DNA of 63,396 nt, filler included, from Reclinomonas americana ATCC 50394 (taxonomy: Eukaryota): NCBI GenBank assembly GCA_048213135.1. It is 15 parts of 15 records of this genome, joined end to end, with 100 filler letters (N's around TTAATTAATTAA, not from the genome) between each part and the next. Parts side by side here need not be neighbours in the genome. Positions count along the whole stretch, not along the records: positions 45,596 to 50,844 come from AFZH01017211.1; positions 50,945 to 53,388 come from AFZH01017212.1; positions 53,489 to 55,193 come from AFZH01017213.1; positions 55,294 to 57,215 come from AFZH01017214.1; positions 57,316 to 63,396 come from AFZH01017215.1; 10 more parts are not named here. One strand, 5' to 3'. Positions 48,801 through 61,592 of this stretch are shown piece by piece. The position numbers and the translations under genes were made by a program. The first letter of the stretch is position 1. Each line of letters starts with the position of its first letter. The notes below the pieces were generated by a model. It worked only from the letters and a program-made list of their open reading frames with translations. It had not been told where the DNA came from and did not search any database.

Positions 48801-51084
48801 CAATCTGAGGAGTTGTGGACATACACACGCAACAAGCAGTCTGTCCAGCACCATCCGCTCGTTCATGCTCATATCCGCATCGAATACATAGCAATTGCGT
48901 TTGCCGTCCTGCAAATGCACGCCCCATGCAGCATCCACAATCAATTCACTCGCCTCACAAGCAGTACACAAACATGGGCACAGTCGTACCTTGCTCCGCT
49001 TTGCTTCTTCGTCATCCTTGCTGCCTGCATCCACCTATAGATATAAACACGAGGCATCAATGACTGCGCAAGTCCACGAAGACAAGCAGAGTCTCCGTTA
49101 TCCATGAACTGTTGCCGCGCACCTTAGTGTCATAATCCTTTCGCTTGATACTATCCTCCTCTTCTCCATCTTCCTCCTCCATTTTGACATCTCCAAATTC
49201 TGCACAGCGCTGGTCGATTAAAGTGCTAGAAACAGCAGCATTTGCATGAGAGGTATTGCATACCTTTCGAATGCCACCACGTGACAGCGCGTGTAATCTC
49301 GGCTTGAGGGAGGCGGTTTTCTCGAAGCAGAGCAGCCAGAAGACCATCACACTCGCGCAGCGCAACCATGGCCTGCTTGACAAAAGGCTGCAGTTGGTCT
49401 TTCTTGGTCTTGTTGCTCGCTGTCAACTTCTGCCACGATTCCTGTCATATACAAGGTGAGTGAGCGTGACTATCGGCATGATCACAACCGACACAGCAAT
49501 CCACGTAACCATACTTACCTCTGAATATCCGCGCTCATCCACCACAATCAACGGTCTCTCAACAGCGTCCACCAGAGCCGTGCCACTGAGCTGGCTCATC
49601 TGCAGCTTGCAATCATCTACATGTTGGTTCGCAGGACACGGTTGTTCACAGACACACATGCTCGCTGACCTCGATGTAGTTGCTCATGCTACGGAGCACA
49701 CCTTCCACTGACTTGGGCGTTCTACTGCGTGAGTCCTTGGCAGTCACGCCAAGCTTCTTGCTGAATGCACACTTGACTGCAGATGATGAGCGACCCGGCG
49801 CCGACAATGGAATTCCGCAGTCGTCGCAGGCGATCTCAAAGAGAACACACTGATGGCGGACGACTGAAGATTCCTGAACAAAGGGTGCCATCGACCCGAA
49901 TGCCTTCACTAGTATCCTCTTCCGATTGCATCGCTGCGAGTGATACAGAAAGAGTGGTGAGTGCACTGAAGAGAAGAAGGAAGCTAAGCTAATGATGACA
50001 GAAAGAGCATGCACACGCAACAAGCAGCTTGTTCAGCAGCAGCTTCTCGTCTGCGCTCAACTCTTCTGCCTCCTCCGCAGTTCGAGTCTTGCCACGCTGT
50101 GAATCCACAACATGCATCGTTGACACAAGAGAACCCCAGTACAGATCGATGAACAAGCACATCACAGAATTCACACCTTCTTATTCTTCTTCTTTGGCGG
50201 TGCAAGCTCGTCATCGCTGGATGCATCCACCTGCAGAGAATGAATGAACCATCAGGTGTCAACTGCGATGATAAGCGAGAGGCAAGTGCGACGCGTAACA
50301 TCATCGTAGCTCACCTCCTGAGAACGCTTGCGGGATGATGTCTCAACTGAGTCACGTGCAGGCAAGTCCTCACTGCGATCTACCAGAGACGAGTCGACAC
50401 GCCGCCTTCTCGCTCGTTGCTGTGCGATCATGACAATAGAGAGAGAGGAAGGTCGGTGTGAGACATGATCATCTGGGATGACACACAAGTACTGTACCTC
50501 GATGATGCCTTCCATCGCTGTGTGTTCCGTGTGCTCCTGGTGAGCAGCTGTGTTCATGCACCGCCCAGGTGAGATATCACGTGACACGAGAACACCAAAC
50601 GACACCAAGAGAAAGAGAGAGACGCACCCTGCTCAGTGCAATTCTCCGCGTCACTGCGAGCAGCGGCAATGGCGGCTGTGCTCTCGTCGGGGTGCTTCTT
50701 CTTCTTGTCCTTCAAGAAGCCAGCAGGTTCTGCACCAGGGAATGAATCACGACAGTCCACGATGATGATGATGATGATGAAAAAGAACAAGAGCAAGAAC
50801 AAGAACAAGAAGAAGAAGAAGAAGGAAGAGGAGGAGGAGGAGGANNNNNNNNNNNNNNNNNNNNNNNNNNNNNNNNNNNNNNNNNNNNTTAATTAATTAA
50901 NNNNNNNNNNNNNNNNNNNNNNNNNNNNNNNNNNNNNNNNNNNNATCATCGCCGTCGTCACATGCTGCTTGCTGTCGACGAGCATCATGTCTGCTTTCTC
51001 GTCGTCGCACGGAGAAGAGGCAGACATTGACAGCGAAGGAGTTGTTGTTGTTGAGCGAGGGCGTGGAGGAGGTCGAGAAGCCAT
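45900..51084 (-). CDS. Hypothetical multi-exon protein with four tandem copies of an unrecognised ~200-250 aa domain
   Basis: Four units with (K/R)LLVA|xCNxxxILVxAFGxMAP...SVEGVLxxMSxFIE|xSxLxGxxLxxAxxRPLxxxDERGxSE|...LRECxGL...DGxLSxAEIxRAVxW and the same intron positions. The start at 51084 is tentative because it lies across a gap. Confidence 0.7.
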
Positions 51085-51498
51085 TTGTACGTGTCTTGGT
51101 TGTTGTTGCTCCGCACACACGCGCACGGCGTGATGCAAGAAATGAAGAGAGAGCGAGAATAGAATAGAAAGCAAATGGATTCGTTGATCCGAACAGCAAA
51201 ATGGAAAAGGTGACAAGTCGTGATGTGAAGAGAAGGAGGTGGTGATGAAGGGGGAAGAAGGGTGCACACAAACTCCAGCTGCAGCTGGCCACGGCATTTG
51301 TATTCAAATTTTCTGCGCATTCATGTTCTGTCTTTTCTGCAGATATTTAGCGGCGCCGATCCGAGACGCTTCTGCTGGGCTGCACACAAGCGACACTCAA
51401 GGGAAAGAAAGGCAACACATTCCAGATATCGAATTCCACCACTCCAGCTGACCAACTAAAACCCAGCCCTGTCACTCATTCACACAACATCGCGCAAA

Positions 51499-51870
51499 AT
51501 GTTGAAGTTGGACTTTCTCGAGCGACCGGCCATCGACGCCAGCGCGGCCGAGGAGGAGGCCACAGTGACCTCTCTGATGCACGAGCTGAAGACAGAGAAC
51601 TTTCTCATGCCCAACGTGACACGAGTTTTGTGAACGCGCGCGCGCGCGAAATGGTCACTCTTTTGCAAACACACACACTCTTTTGCCTCACTCTCTTTCT
51701 TTGTGTGCACGCCGCACAGCCTGATGAGTTTGTCGACCGCTGTGACATCAAGTTCTTGCATGGGTGCGTGCAAGTTGTCTTCTCTTCATTGTGTGTGTGT
51801 GTGATGAATGCTCACACTGTGTGTTGTCTTTCAGCACGACCACACTTGGATTCATCTATGAGTGCGTTCC

Positions 51871-51906
<36 letters not shown>

Positions 51907-52266
51907 TGTGTGTGTGTGTGTGTGTCTCACTCTTTTCTCTGTTTGTGTGACAGGGGCGGTGTCATCATTGCTGTCGATTCGCGTGCTTCCATGGGCCAGT
52001 ACATGTGTTGCGTTTGAGTGTGTGTTGTGTTGTGTGAGAGAGATGGACGTGTGTGTTAGTGTGTGAGAGAGAGACAGAGTGTGTGTGACAGAGTGTGACT
52101 TTTGTGTGTGTGTGTGTGGTCAAACGAATTTGCACATTTGCATTCTCTATCGCGCAGTCTTGCATTCTGTCTCTCACGCACTCATTCCCTGTCGCGCTTG
52201 TCATTCCACTTATCCTTTTCTTAACCTCTCGCGTCTCACGTTGTCTCTCTCTCGTCCTACCTGCAT

Positions 52267-52300
<34 letters not shown>

Positions 52301-53364
52301 TCACTCACACACACACACACACTTACACGCACTCCCTTCCCTGTTGCCGTGGGTTTCCCCTTGTGCCTCTCTCTCTCTCTCTCTCTCTCTCTCATCTCGC
52401 GTGTCATATTCTCTCTTTCTCGCACACACACATTCCCTCCCTGCCACCCTGTCGTTTCTCTTTGCCCGTCTTTCTCATCTCTCTTTCTCTCTCTCTCTCA
52501 CACACACGTCTCCCTTCCCTGCTCGCCAGTCATCTCTTATGAACGCGAATACTCTTGCTTCCCCTCCCTTTCATTCTCTCTCGTTCTCACTCTCTTCTCC
52601 TCTCCTTGTACCTCGCATTCTCATCTCACGCCAACCTTTTTTTCTCGCTCGCTTAAAGCAGACTCTCCTGCCTCATCTCATGTCACTCACAAACCGAACC
52701 ACTTCTTCCACTCTTCGTCTTGTCTCCGTTTGTTGCTTTACATTCCCTTGTCCCTCGCTTTCTCGCTCGCTTACGTGGGCTGTCTTTATTCTTCCCCTTG
52801 CCTCATCACATGTCCTTTCTTTAACTCCTGGTCTTCCTTCCTTGTTCGCTGCACTCCCTCTGTCCGCTCTACTCCTTGCTCACTCTTCACTTCCTCCCTC
52901 TCCCCTCGCTATCCATTCATTTTCCTTTTCCACTCTCGTCTCCTCCTCGCCCCTCCTTACTTCTTGTCACTTCCTGCTTTTCTTTTCTAGCACTCGCTGT
53001 TCTCCTTTTCCACACATTCTCATTCTCTTGCCTTTCCGTCTCCTCGTATCCTTCCCCTTCTCCCTTCCCCTCCTTCCCCCCCTCCCTTCCCCCCTCCCTT
53101 CCCCCCCTCTCCCCTCACCCTCCCTCTTCCCGCAGCCTCGGCCTCGGTGAAGAAGATCATCGAGATCAACCCGTACCTGCTGGGCACGATGGCCGGCGGT
53201 GCTGCGGATTGCACGTTCTGGGAGCGCGTGCTGGGCATGGAATGCCGTCTGTACGAGCTGCGCAACAAGGAGCGCATCTCGGTGGCGGCCGCCTCCAAGC
53301 TGCTCTGCAACATGGTGTACGGCTACAAGAACATGGGCCTGTCGATGGGCACCATGATTGCTGG
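51499..53364 (+). CDS. PSMB5: 20S proteasome subunit beta 5 (3' end in gap)
   Basis: Spliced [30 protein letters not shown]|..[53 protein letters not shown]; catalytic Thr1 present. Confidence 0.96.
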
Positions 53365-54323
53365 GTTCGTCTGCCTGCACCCACTTTCNNNNNNNNNNNN
53401 NNNNNNNNNNNNNNNNNNNNNNNNNNNNNNNNTTAATTAATTAANNNNNNNNNNNNNNNNNNNNNNNNNNNNNNNNNNNNNNNNNNNNCAAGCAGCAACA
53501 CTGCCGAAATCGTGACTTGCATGTTGAGCGAGCACCAGAGTTAGTGACTGTGCGAGAGAGTCGGGAAGAGATTCCACGACGTGTGACAAGAGTGAAGGAT
53601 GTAAAGCCAGTCTGTCAGCAGCAATGTTGCTTCTGACAGCAACACACTTACATTGCTAGAACCATCGTGTCGCTACTGCAGCATCCAGCTTCAACATCGT
53701 CTTCACTACACTGGTGTTTGGCTCTGGTGGCATCGTCCCGAAACGGACTGGTGACAACGGGCCCGAACTGATTCAATTTGTGACTTGAAGCGCACTATTG
53801 GTGTTTGTTTTTTCCTTTGTCTTGTTGTCGGCGGAGATGTTTTTGGTACACACGGTGTTTGCCGACAGCTTGCCGGACTTGGCCGCGCTGCCTGGTGTTG
53901 CCTGCGCAGACAACAATCAAAGCCAGGCATCAAGTCTGTCGTCGGAATACGTGAACATCATGTGTACCGTCTCCGCCAGACGACAAGAACGATATTCAAG
54001 CAGCTGACGACTTCCATCACCGCCCATCAATTAGCCTTCCTCCCCTCATCCATGAAGATAAAGAAAACCATGCTTGTGCTTCTTTAATTCACCGGTCAAC
54101 AAAGTTCAGCCCTTCATCCACGTCCTCCTCTGGCCCCTCCTCCTCTATGGCCATCTCCCATGTCGGTTTCCTCCGCTCCGTGGCGTCTCTCAAGGGCACA
54201 TGACCATGTCTCCCATCCTGTCCTTCACAGTTCCCAAATGTCTCAACCGTCATCGGTCAGTCATTCTCTCCGTCACCTTACCCTTTCGCCATCACCCTTC
54301 TCCTTTCCTACACCTACTAAGCG

Positions 54324-55190
54324 TCATCGTTGGATGCCGCTGCCTCCAACATTGGCCAGCGGAGGGACAAGTAGAATCTCCAAGTCGCTGGCGCTGAACC
54401 ACCAAGCCTTCTTCCGATCAAATCCCATAGAAATGGCCTCCGCGGGAATCCGCCTGCATTTTTGCGCAACAGTTGAGAACCTCCTGCTCCCGCATTGCAC
54501 TGTAACAAGCATGTATGAGGTACGCAACGTCTGCAATCGCAGCTTGTGCTGCTCTTCGTAACCCGAGTCATCCCAAAACACCAGGCACTGCTTTGGCCCG
54601 TTGCTCGGATACTCAAAGAACACACCACACATGCCAGCCTGTACAGTGCGATATGGACCATCGCCACGTGTGGCGAGCGCACGAACGAGACACAGGTGGA
54701 TCAGGTGCCCGCGAACGTGTACTGCAACGGTGATTGACCTTGAGCACATGCACAAGAAGACAGCATGACATGCCCATAGGGTGACGCAACAGCCGTACTC
54801 AAAGTCATTCGGGAATTCTTCGCGACCCTTGACTGCGCCGGACGGGGGTATGTATGTGGAGAAATCGATGCTTGGGCCCGGCGGCTGTGGTCGCGGCGGG
54901 CGTGTTGGCCGTATATTGGGAACTGGACGCTGCACCCGTTCGTGACTCGCCACCGACTGCACCACTACACTCTGCGGAGCTGGTTCCTCAGCAGCCACAA
55001 TGCTCGTACTGCCTTGGCCCAATTGGAATGTATCCACTTCATATTGCGAATCCATCGACACCGGTTGCACCGCCGGCGTCGAGGGGTTCTCGTCTGGATC
55101 AGGTGCCTCCACCGCTCTCGTCTGCGCATCGGCCATTTGTAGCAAACGCTCGATGCGACTTCGCACCTCCTCCAGCTGACAAGAGCACAA
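54324..55190 (-). CDS. Coiled-coil + Pro-rich linker + CPH-like (Cul7/PARC/HERC2) domain protein, partial
   Basis: REEFPNDFEY..HVRGHL...VRAL....VQAGMCGVF.....CLVFWD...AWWFSASDLEIL resembles the CPH pattern as I recall it. Confidence 0.5.
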   Translation of the reverse strand: MCSCQLEEVRSRIERLLQMADAQTRAVEAPDPDENPSTPAVQPVSMDSQYEVDTFQLGQGSTSIVAAEEPAPQSVVVQSVASHERVQRPVPNIRPTRPPRPQPPGPSIDFSTYIPPSGAVKGREEFPNDFEYGCCVTLWACHAVFLCMCSRSITVAVHVRGHLIHLCLVRALATRGDGPYRTVQAGMCGVFFEYPSNGPKQCLVFWDDSGYEEQHKLRLQTLRTSYMLVTVQCGSRRFSTVAQKCRRIPAEAISMGFDRKKAWWFSASDLEILLVPPLANVGGSGIQR

Positions 55191-55293
55191 ATCNNNNNNN
55201 NNNNNNNNNNNNNNNNNNNNNNNNNNNNNNNNNNNNNTTAATTAATTAANNNNNNNNNNNNNNNNNNNNNNNNNNNNNNNNNNNNNNNNNNNN

Positions 55294-56077
55294 AATGCAG
55301 ATGGATCGGTTGGCGATGGAACTCGAGAATACGGCCAGACGTGGATTTGAGCGGATCGCAGCGCAAGAAGCAAAGGTTGCAGATCTGGAGGCGATGCGTT
55401 CGCACGATCTGGTTGTACTGCACGAAATCGAGACGGTGCGGTGTTTGTGATAGAGAATGTAGAGTCGAAGCGAAGCGCTGACTGGCAAGCGTGGAATGCA
55501 GAGGCTTCGCGCCGCTGTCGGTGCCGAAGCCGATGGCCCCGCGCCTCCGATGTGTGAGTCGCACATGCAGTCGAACTACTGTTGTTTCGTGTTCACCTGA
55601 CAGATCCAATCGGTGCAGTTGTCGCTCGTCCGCGCGAAGCGTTCCCCAGCGACGACGCGTACGCGCAGCACGTAATGGACCACATCAATGTGCTGGACCG
55701 CAGGTGCCGTGTTGAATGCATCAAGCCGATCCTCGACGATTTGCAAGTCGGCGGTACATACGTTTCCAGTGGCGTCAAACGTCTTGTTGTCGCTTTCCCG
55801 CAACTGACATTGCATGTACATTGTGCAGACCAAGGGCGCTTGGCGGGCGTGTACGAACATCGCGATGCCGGGAAGCTATTTGTTATGTGGGAGCGTAAGC
55901 TGAAGAAGCGCTACAGGCTGCCTCCGGAGGCCGTGGCCATGGGATGCGACGAAAGGTGTGGACCCAAATGCCGACGGTGTCTTTGTCCCCCGTTGTCTTA
56001 TGCATTGCTGTGTGCTGTTTCCCAGTCACGGTTGCTACGTGGATGCTCACATGATCCGTGTCATTGGCGGCGAGTGA
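55294..56077 (+). CDS. Coiled-coil + CPH-like domain protein, partial (paralog of 54324-55190)
   Basis: Spliced REAFPSDDAYAQHVMDHI...RVECIKPILDDLQVG|DQGRL...LFVMW...PPEAVAMG..|HGCYVDAHMIRVIGGE*. Confidence 0.55.
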
Positions 56078-56592
56078 GAGCCAACCCGACTCGCGAAGTT
56101 CACTCATAAAGAATTGGATAGTATTAGTTGTAAGCTCCTGTCAGCCACAGCAGGTTCATGTTTGCTGGTCATCCTCGACCTCTCCGGCATCTAGCTCATC
56201 GGTGGATTCATCCCTTCTTTGCCAGTGACGGGTGCTGGGGCTGTACTGGGACTGGGGGTTTCAGTGCGTGCTGGACAGCTGCAGCCTCGTCGCTCACAGA
56301 CTCACCGAATGCGAACAATATGCCTGGATTGATCGGTCGTCCAGGCAGGCTGCTAGCCATTTTGATGACCTCCTGCCGTCTTGAAAGCATGCATGATCTG
56401 CGTCGACTCTGTGGACTCGATCCTTGATCCTCCTTGATCCTTTACCATTGCATCATTCACTATTGACCATGTTCAACCAATGGAGGTCAACAACCGGTGG
56501 ATCTCCGGGGGCATGTGCAAGTGGAAGTCACGTCGACGACGGAGTTGTCCTTCCCTCACGTCCTTAGCACCACTCCGAGAAAAGCTCACGCG

Positions 56593-57082
56593 ATGTCCAC
56601 TGTGATCAAAGGCCAAGTCGACGAGTGCGAGTACCGCCACGTGCGCCTCCCCAACGGCATGGACGTGCTGCTTGTGCACGACCCCAAGACCGAAAAGGCA
56701 TGCACACTCTGACACTTTTCACTCTCTCTCTCACACACACACTCACATGCCACTGTGCACACAGGCGGCTGCTGCACTGGACGTGCACGTCGGCCACTTC
56801 TCCGACCCCGAGGAGTTGCCCGGATTGGCGCACTTTTGTGAGCACATGTGCTTCTTGGGCACAGCAAAGGTCACACACAATCACTCTCTTTCTCTCACAC
56901 ACACGTGCTGCATTGAGACTCACTTGCTTTGTGTCGTAGTATCCCGAGGAGAGCTCTTACAGCGCATTCCTGTCGGCCAATGGCGGCGACTCAAATGCAT
57001 GGACGAACATGGAGGCAAGTTGTCTGCAACTCATTCCTGATTTCCCCCACCTGTTCCTCCTCCTGCTTGCTTCCTCTTGTTC

Positions 57083-57117
<35 letters not shown>

Positions 57118-60100
57118 CTTGTTCTTGTTCTTGTTCTTCCTTCTTCCTCTTCTTCTTCTCCTCTTCCTCTTCTTCTTCTTCTTCTTGTTCTTGTTCGTTC
57201 TTCTTCTTCTTCTTCNNNNNNNNNNNNNNNNNNNNNNNNNNNNNNNNNNNNNNNNNNNNTTAATTAATTAANNNNNNNNNNNNNNNNNNNNNNNNNNNNN
57301 NNNNNNNNNNNNNNNCCTTTTTTCGGTTCAACAGGGCCCCGGCAGCATTCTGTCGGTGCTGAAGAAGCGCGGCTGGGTGGATCAGCTGGTCGCCGGCACG
57401 CAGTACTCGTCGCGCAGCCTCGGCACGTTCATGGTGGAGATGGAGCTCACGCAAGAGGGTCGCGGTATGTCAGCAATGCGCCCAACAATGGCCACTTTGC
57501 TTGCAAAGGGAAACTTACTCGGAAGGCACAGACCGAGTGGAGGATGTGATCGACACAGTGTTCCAGTACATTCGACTGGTGCGCGAGGCCGGTCCGCAGG
57601 AGTGGGTCTTTGACGAGTTGCAGCGCATGAGCCAGATTACGTTTGACCAGGCCGACAAGAAGCGCAGCAGCAATGTGGTGTCGACGTTGGCGTCCGGCAT
57701 GCAAAAGTTCTCTCCGGAGCATGCGGTGGCCGGTGGCGAGCTCTTCTTCTCGTTCAATCCCGACTTGATCAGCCGATTCCTCGACCAGCTCGTACCCGAA
57801 AATCTCTTGTGAGCACGCACGGTCCTTGCTGCTTTCCTTTGGCTATGCTACTCACTCGGCGCTGCAGTGTGGTGCGGTGCGAGAAGCGTTTTGCCGACTC
57901 GGCGGACATGACGGAAAAGTGGTACGGCACGCCGCACACCATTCGTCGCTTCTCCGACGTCGAGGTCGCGCGCTGGAAGACGAGTGCCATTGTGCCGGAG
58001 TTGCATCTGCCGGAGCGCAACCCGTTCATTCCGCAGAGTCTGCGCCTGAAGGGCACACCAGAGGAGGACAAGGAGACGCTGCCGACCAAGGTGGTTGACG
58101 CCGAAGGCCTCGTGCTGTGGCACCAGCGAACGGCGCATTTCAAGCGTGCCAAGGCCGCCGTGCGAGTTGCGTCTGCCCATTACTTCTGTGAAGGAGTTGT
58201 GTTTTTTTCTTGCAGCTCACAGGGTCGTGGCACAGGTGGTGATGTACTCGCCCATGGTGTACACGTCGCCGCTCGACTTTTTGTACAGTTGCGCGCACGC
58301 GTCAGTTGTCTTGCCGCTCTCTTCACAGTCTCTGATGTCATGTGCAGGCACGCTGATTTGCACCATGTCCAAGGACGCGATGAACGAGTTTGGCTACTTT
58401 GCGCACATTGCAGGTGCGTGGGCACGAGAAGACATGAATGCGTGTTTCATTGGCCTCACTGCTTTCTTGCGACAGGCCTGGAATACGAGTTTGAGTATTC
58501 GCAACTGGGACTGGAGGTTTGCGTCTGCGTCACTCGTGCTTCATTTGATGGTGTGTGTGTGTGTGCTCATAACTTGTGTATTCTGCAGCTCAATGTGTTT
58601 GGCTACGACGACCGCATGCCGCAGCTGCTGGAGCGCATGATGCAGACGATGCGCGACTTTGAGTTCTCTCCACAGCGCTTTGCGCTGTTGAAAGACCAGG
58701 TCAGCGCCGTTCACGTCTGCGCCTTCCCCTACTTTGCTGGAAAACTCATTTTTCACCGCGCAGACCATGCGCCGCTACCGCGTGTTTGCCATGAACCCAC
58801 CGTACCGTCACATCACCTACAACACACTGGGGTTGCTGAAGGAGAAGCGCTACTTTTTCGACGAATACCTGGCGTGTGGTGATGGTTTGGCAGTTGGAAG
58901 GAAGGGCGAGGGATGACATTATGTCTCACATGTGATGACAGCGCTGAACTATGAGGATTTCATGAACTACCGAAGCCGCTTCTTTGAGCGTTTGTGGATC
59001 GAGGGACTCGTCTACGGCAACAAGACGGTGGAGGAGGCACAGCGCATCGGCGACCTCATCCACTCGCAGTTGCGTTTCGGACCGCTGCCGCAGGCCGAGG
59101 TGCCGAACCGCCGCATCGTGCGCGTGCCGGTGGATCGCACACTGGAGTTGAGGCGTCGGGCACCCAACCCAGACGAGGGCAACTGTGCCGTCGAAGTTGT
59201 CTTCCAGGTGAGCAGGAGTGGTGGAGAGGGAGGGAGAGAGAGAGAGAGATACGCATTCGTCGTATAATCCCTGCTGCACTCACTTCTCTTTCGCTCTAAA
59301 CATCCCCATCGCACCTCCACTTCCGCTTCTCCATCTCTCTCTCTCACTCTTACCCTTGCGCAGTTCGGACCGCGTAATCCGCAAGACGACGCACTTGCGT
59401 ATGTGCTGGAGAGTGCCATTGAGACACCGGCATACACGCAGCTGCGCACGGTGGAGCAACTGTTGCGTTCCCGTCAGCCAAAAACTAATGTCGACGACAC
59501 GCTCACGCTCGTCGCAGTGGCTACGTGGTGTATGCCTCGCTGCGTCAGGACGACGGTGTGCACGGCATTCGCGTTGTCGTGCAGAGCTCGTCGCACAATC
59601 CCGAGGCCATCACCGAGCGCATCATGGCCTTTGTCGAGTCTTTCCGAGCCACACTGGCCGCCACGGAGGAGAGCGATTTGCAGTCGCGCATCCGCGCCCT
59701 TGTCTCGGCGCGCCTGGAGAAGGATCGCGACCTCAAGGGCGAGAGCCGTCGGTGCGTCGTCCATCTACTGTTTGCCGAGGGTGAAAAAAAAACAAGGGCA
59801 ACTCATCGTGTGGCGTGTCTCACTCAGCGTGTGGGATGAGATCTCGGAGCAAAACTACAAGTTCAAGCGGTACGTGGAGGAGGCTGCCAACCTGCAAAAG
59901 GTGACGTTGCAGAGGCTGCTGGAGCTGTACGATCGACACGTGATGCCGGGCGCTCCCGAACGTCGCGTCGTCGTCTCGAAGATTTACGGACTCGGCGTGG
60001 AGATGCCGCCGCCACCTGCAGGCACGTGGCCTCATATTTCCTCTCCCCCGTGCCTTTTTACGTCTAACCTGTCGTTGCAGCTGGCGTGCGCGTCGTCATG

Positions 60101-60169
60101 TGCGACGAGCTGGCGGCATTCAAGGAATCCCCCGACGTCGAGTACTACGAGTGGCCTGTGCGCTGCTAA
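56593..60169 (+). CDS. IDE: Insulin-degrading-enzyme-like metallopeptidase (M16A), multi-exon, spans one gap
   Basis: RLPNGMDVLLVHD, GHFSDPEELPGLAHFCEHMCFLG (HxxEH), LHLPERNPFIP, YTQLRTVEQL|GYVV. Confidence 0.93.
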
Positions 60170-60306
60170 ACGGCTTGTTTTGCGCAACAGCAGCAGTAGT
60201 AGCTACACGTAGAGCAGATGGTCGACAAAGCAGTGAACACACAAGAAAAGACTGCAGCAGTCGTCCTCCGTTGTCCTCCTTGCACGTATTGAGTGAGCGA
60301 CAGGGC

Positions 60307-61560
60307 ATGAGCAACCGCACCGGGCGACGCGGCAGTGCCGCCGGGTCCTACCCAGCGCGCACAGGCAACGTCCAACAAGCGCTCGGCAACTCCGGCGACA
60401 CCCTCTCCATTGTCTCCACCGAGGAGTTCGATGCACAAGTCGACCCGCACGAGTTGCTGCGCTCGCCTCGCGCCACCTCCCCGCCCATTCTCCGCTCGCC
60501 TCTTCCACAACAACCGCCACCGCAACAACAACAACGGCAGCCCATACGTCATCAGCAGCAGCCGCGAATGACCATGGATGATGATGATGATGATGATATG
60601 GATGATCGAGAATCAAAGCCGCTCTTGGTGTCTTCGTCCTCTGCTGGGCCATTGCTCGCCTCGGGCGCGACAGTGCCCGCCTCAGGAGGGAGACAAAGGT
60701 CGCGCTCGCGCGGTGGCGAGGGAGGAAAAGGAGGTGAGCAGCCAGTGTCAATGGTCGCACCTGCGGCGGCCTCAGGCTCCAAGCGCATTCGACTTGTCGG
60801 TGAGTGACGCGCGGTGGACAGAGAGCGTGCGTTGTCCATTGTTCATTGACGCGTGCGTGCAGACTGGAACAGTAACGTGGGCGTGGGATGGGAGACGGAG
60901 ATGGAGGAACGACTCAAAGTACGTGGAATCTCCGTTGCATTCAATGTCTGTCTCTTTTATAACACGCGTGCACTTTTTTTGCAGTACACGGGATGGAGGC
61001 GCAGTCTGTATACGGCGTATCTGGCGTCGCAAGGCTGGCTGGTGACGCTGGTCGGAGCCGCGCTGATGGGCATCATTGCGGTGTTTATGAACAAGTGGAC
61101 CGAGTACGCCGAGAGCCTCAAGGCCGGCATTTGCACGACGTGGTTCTTCCAGTCGTATGACTTGTGTTGTTTAGAAGAAGGTGACGGGTGGTCGTGGCGG
61201 TGATGAGCTTTGTGTGATGGTGCTGATGTGTGTGGGGCTGTGTGGCAGTGACCTCCAATATGCCGTGCACGAGTTGGAGATCGTGGGATGATTTGACGTT
61301 CAGTGGGTCCGGCATTTTGTTTTACGTCGTGTTTGGGGTGCGTTGGTCTCGTGGTTGTTGGTGAGTGTGCATGAGTGTGCTGATTGCACGCCTCGCAGGT
61401 TGCCTTTGCGACGCTGTCGTGCTGGATGGTGAAGAGCCTGAGTCCGTACGCGGCCGGCTCTGGTATTCCCGAAATCAAGACCATCATGGGAGGTGCTGTG
61501 ATGAAGGGCTTCCTCGGTTTGTGGACCCTCGTCGTCAAGGTCGTTGGCACGGTGCGTTGC

Positions 61561-61592
<32 letters not shown>

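Noticed and set aside
53490..54100. Short ORFs of moderate complexity
   Set aside because: No motif or convincing splice model found.
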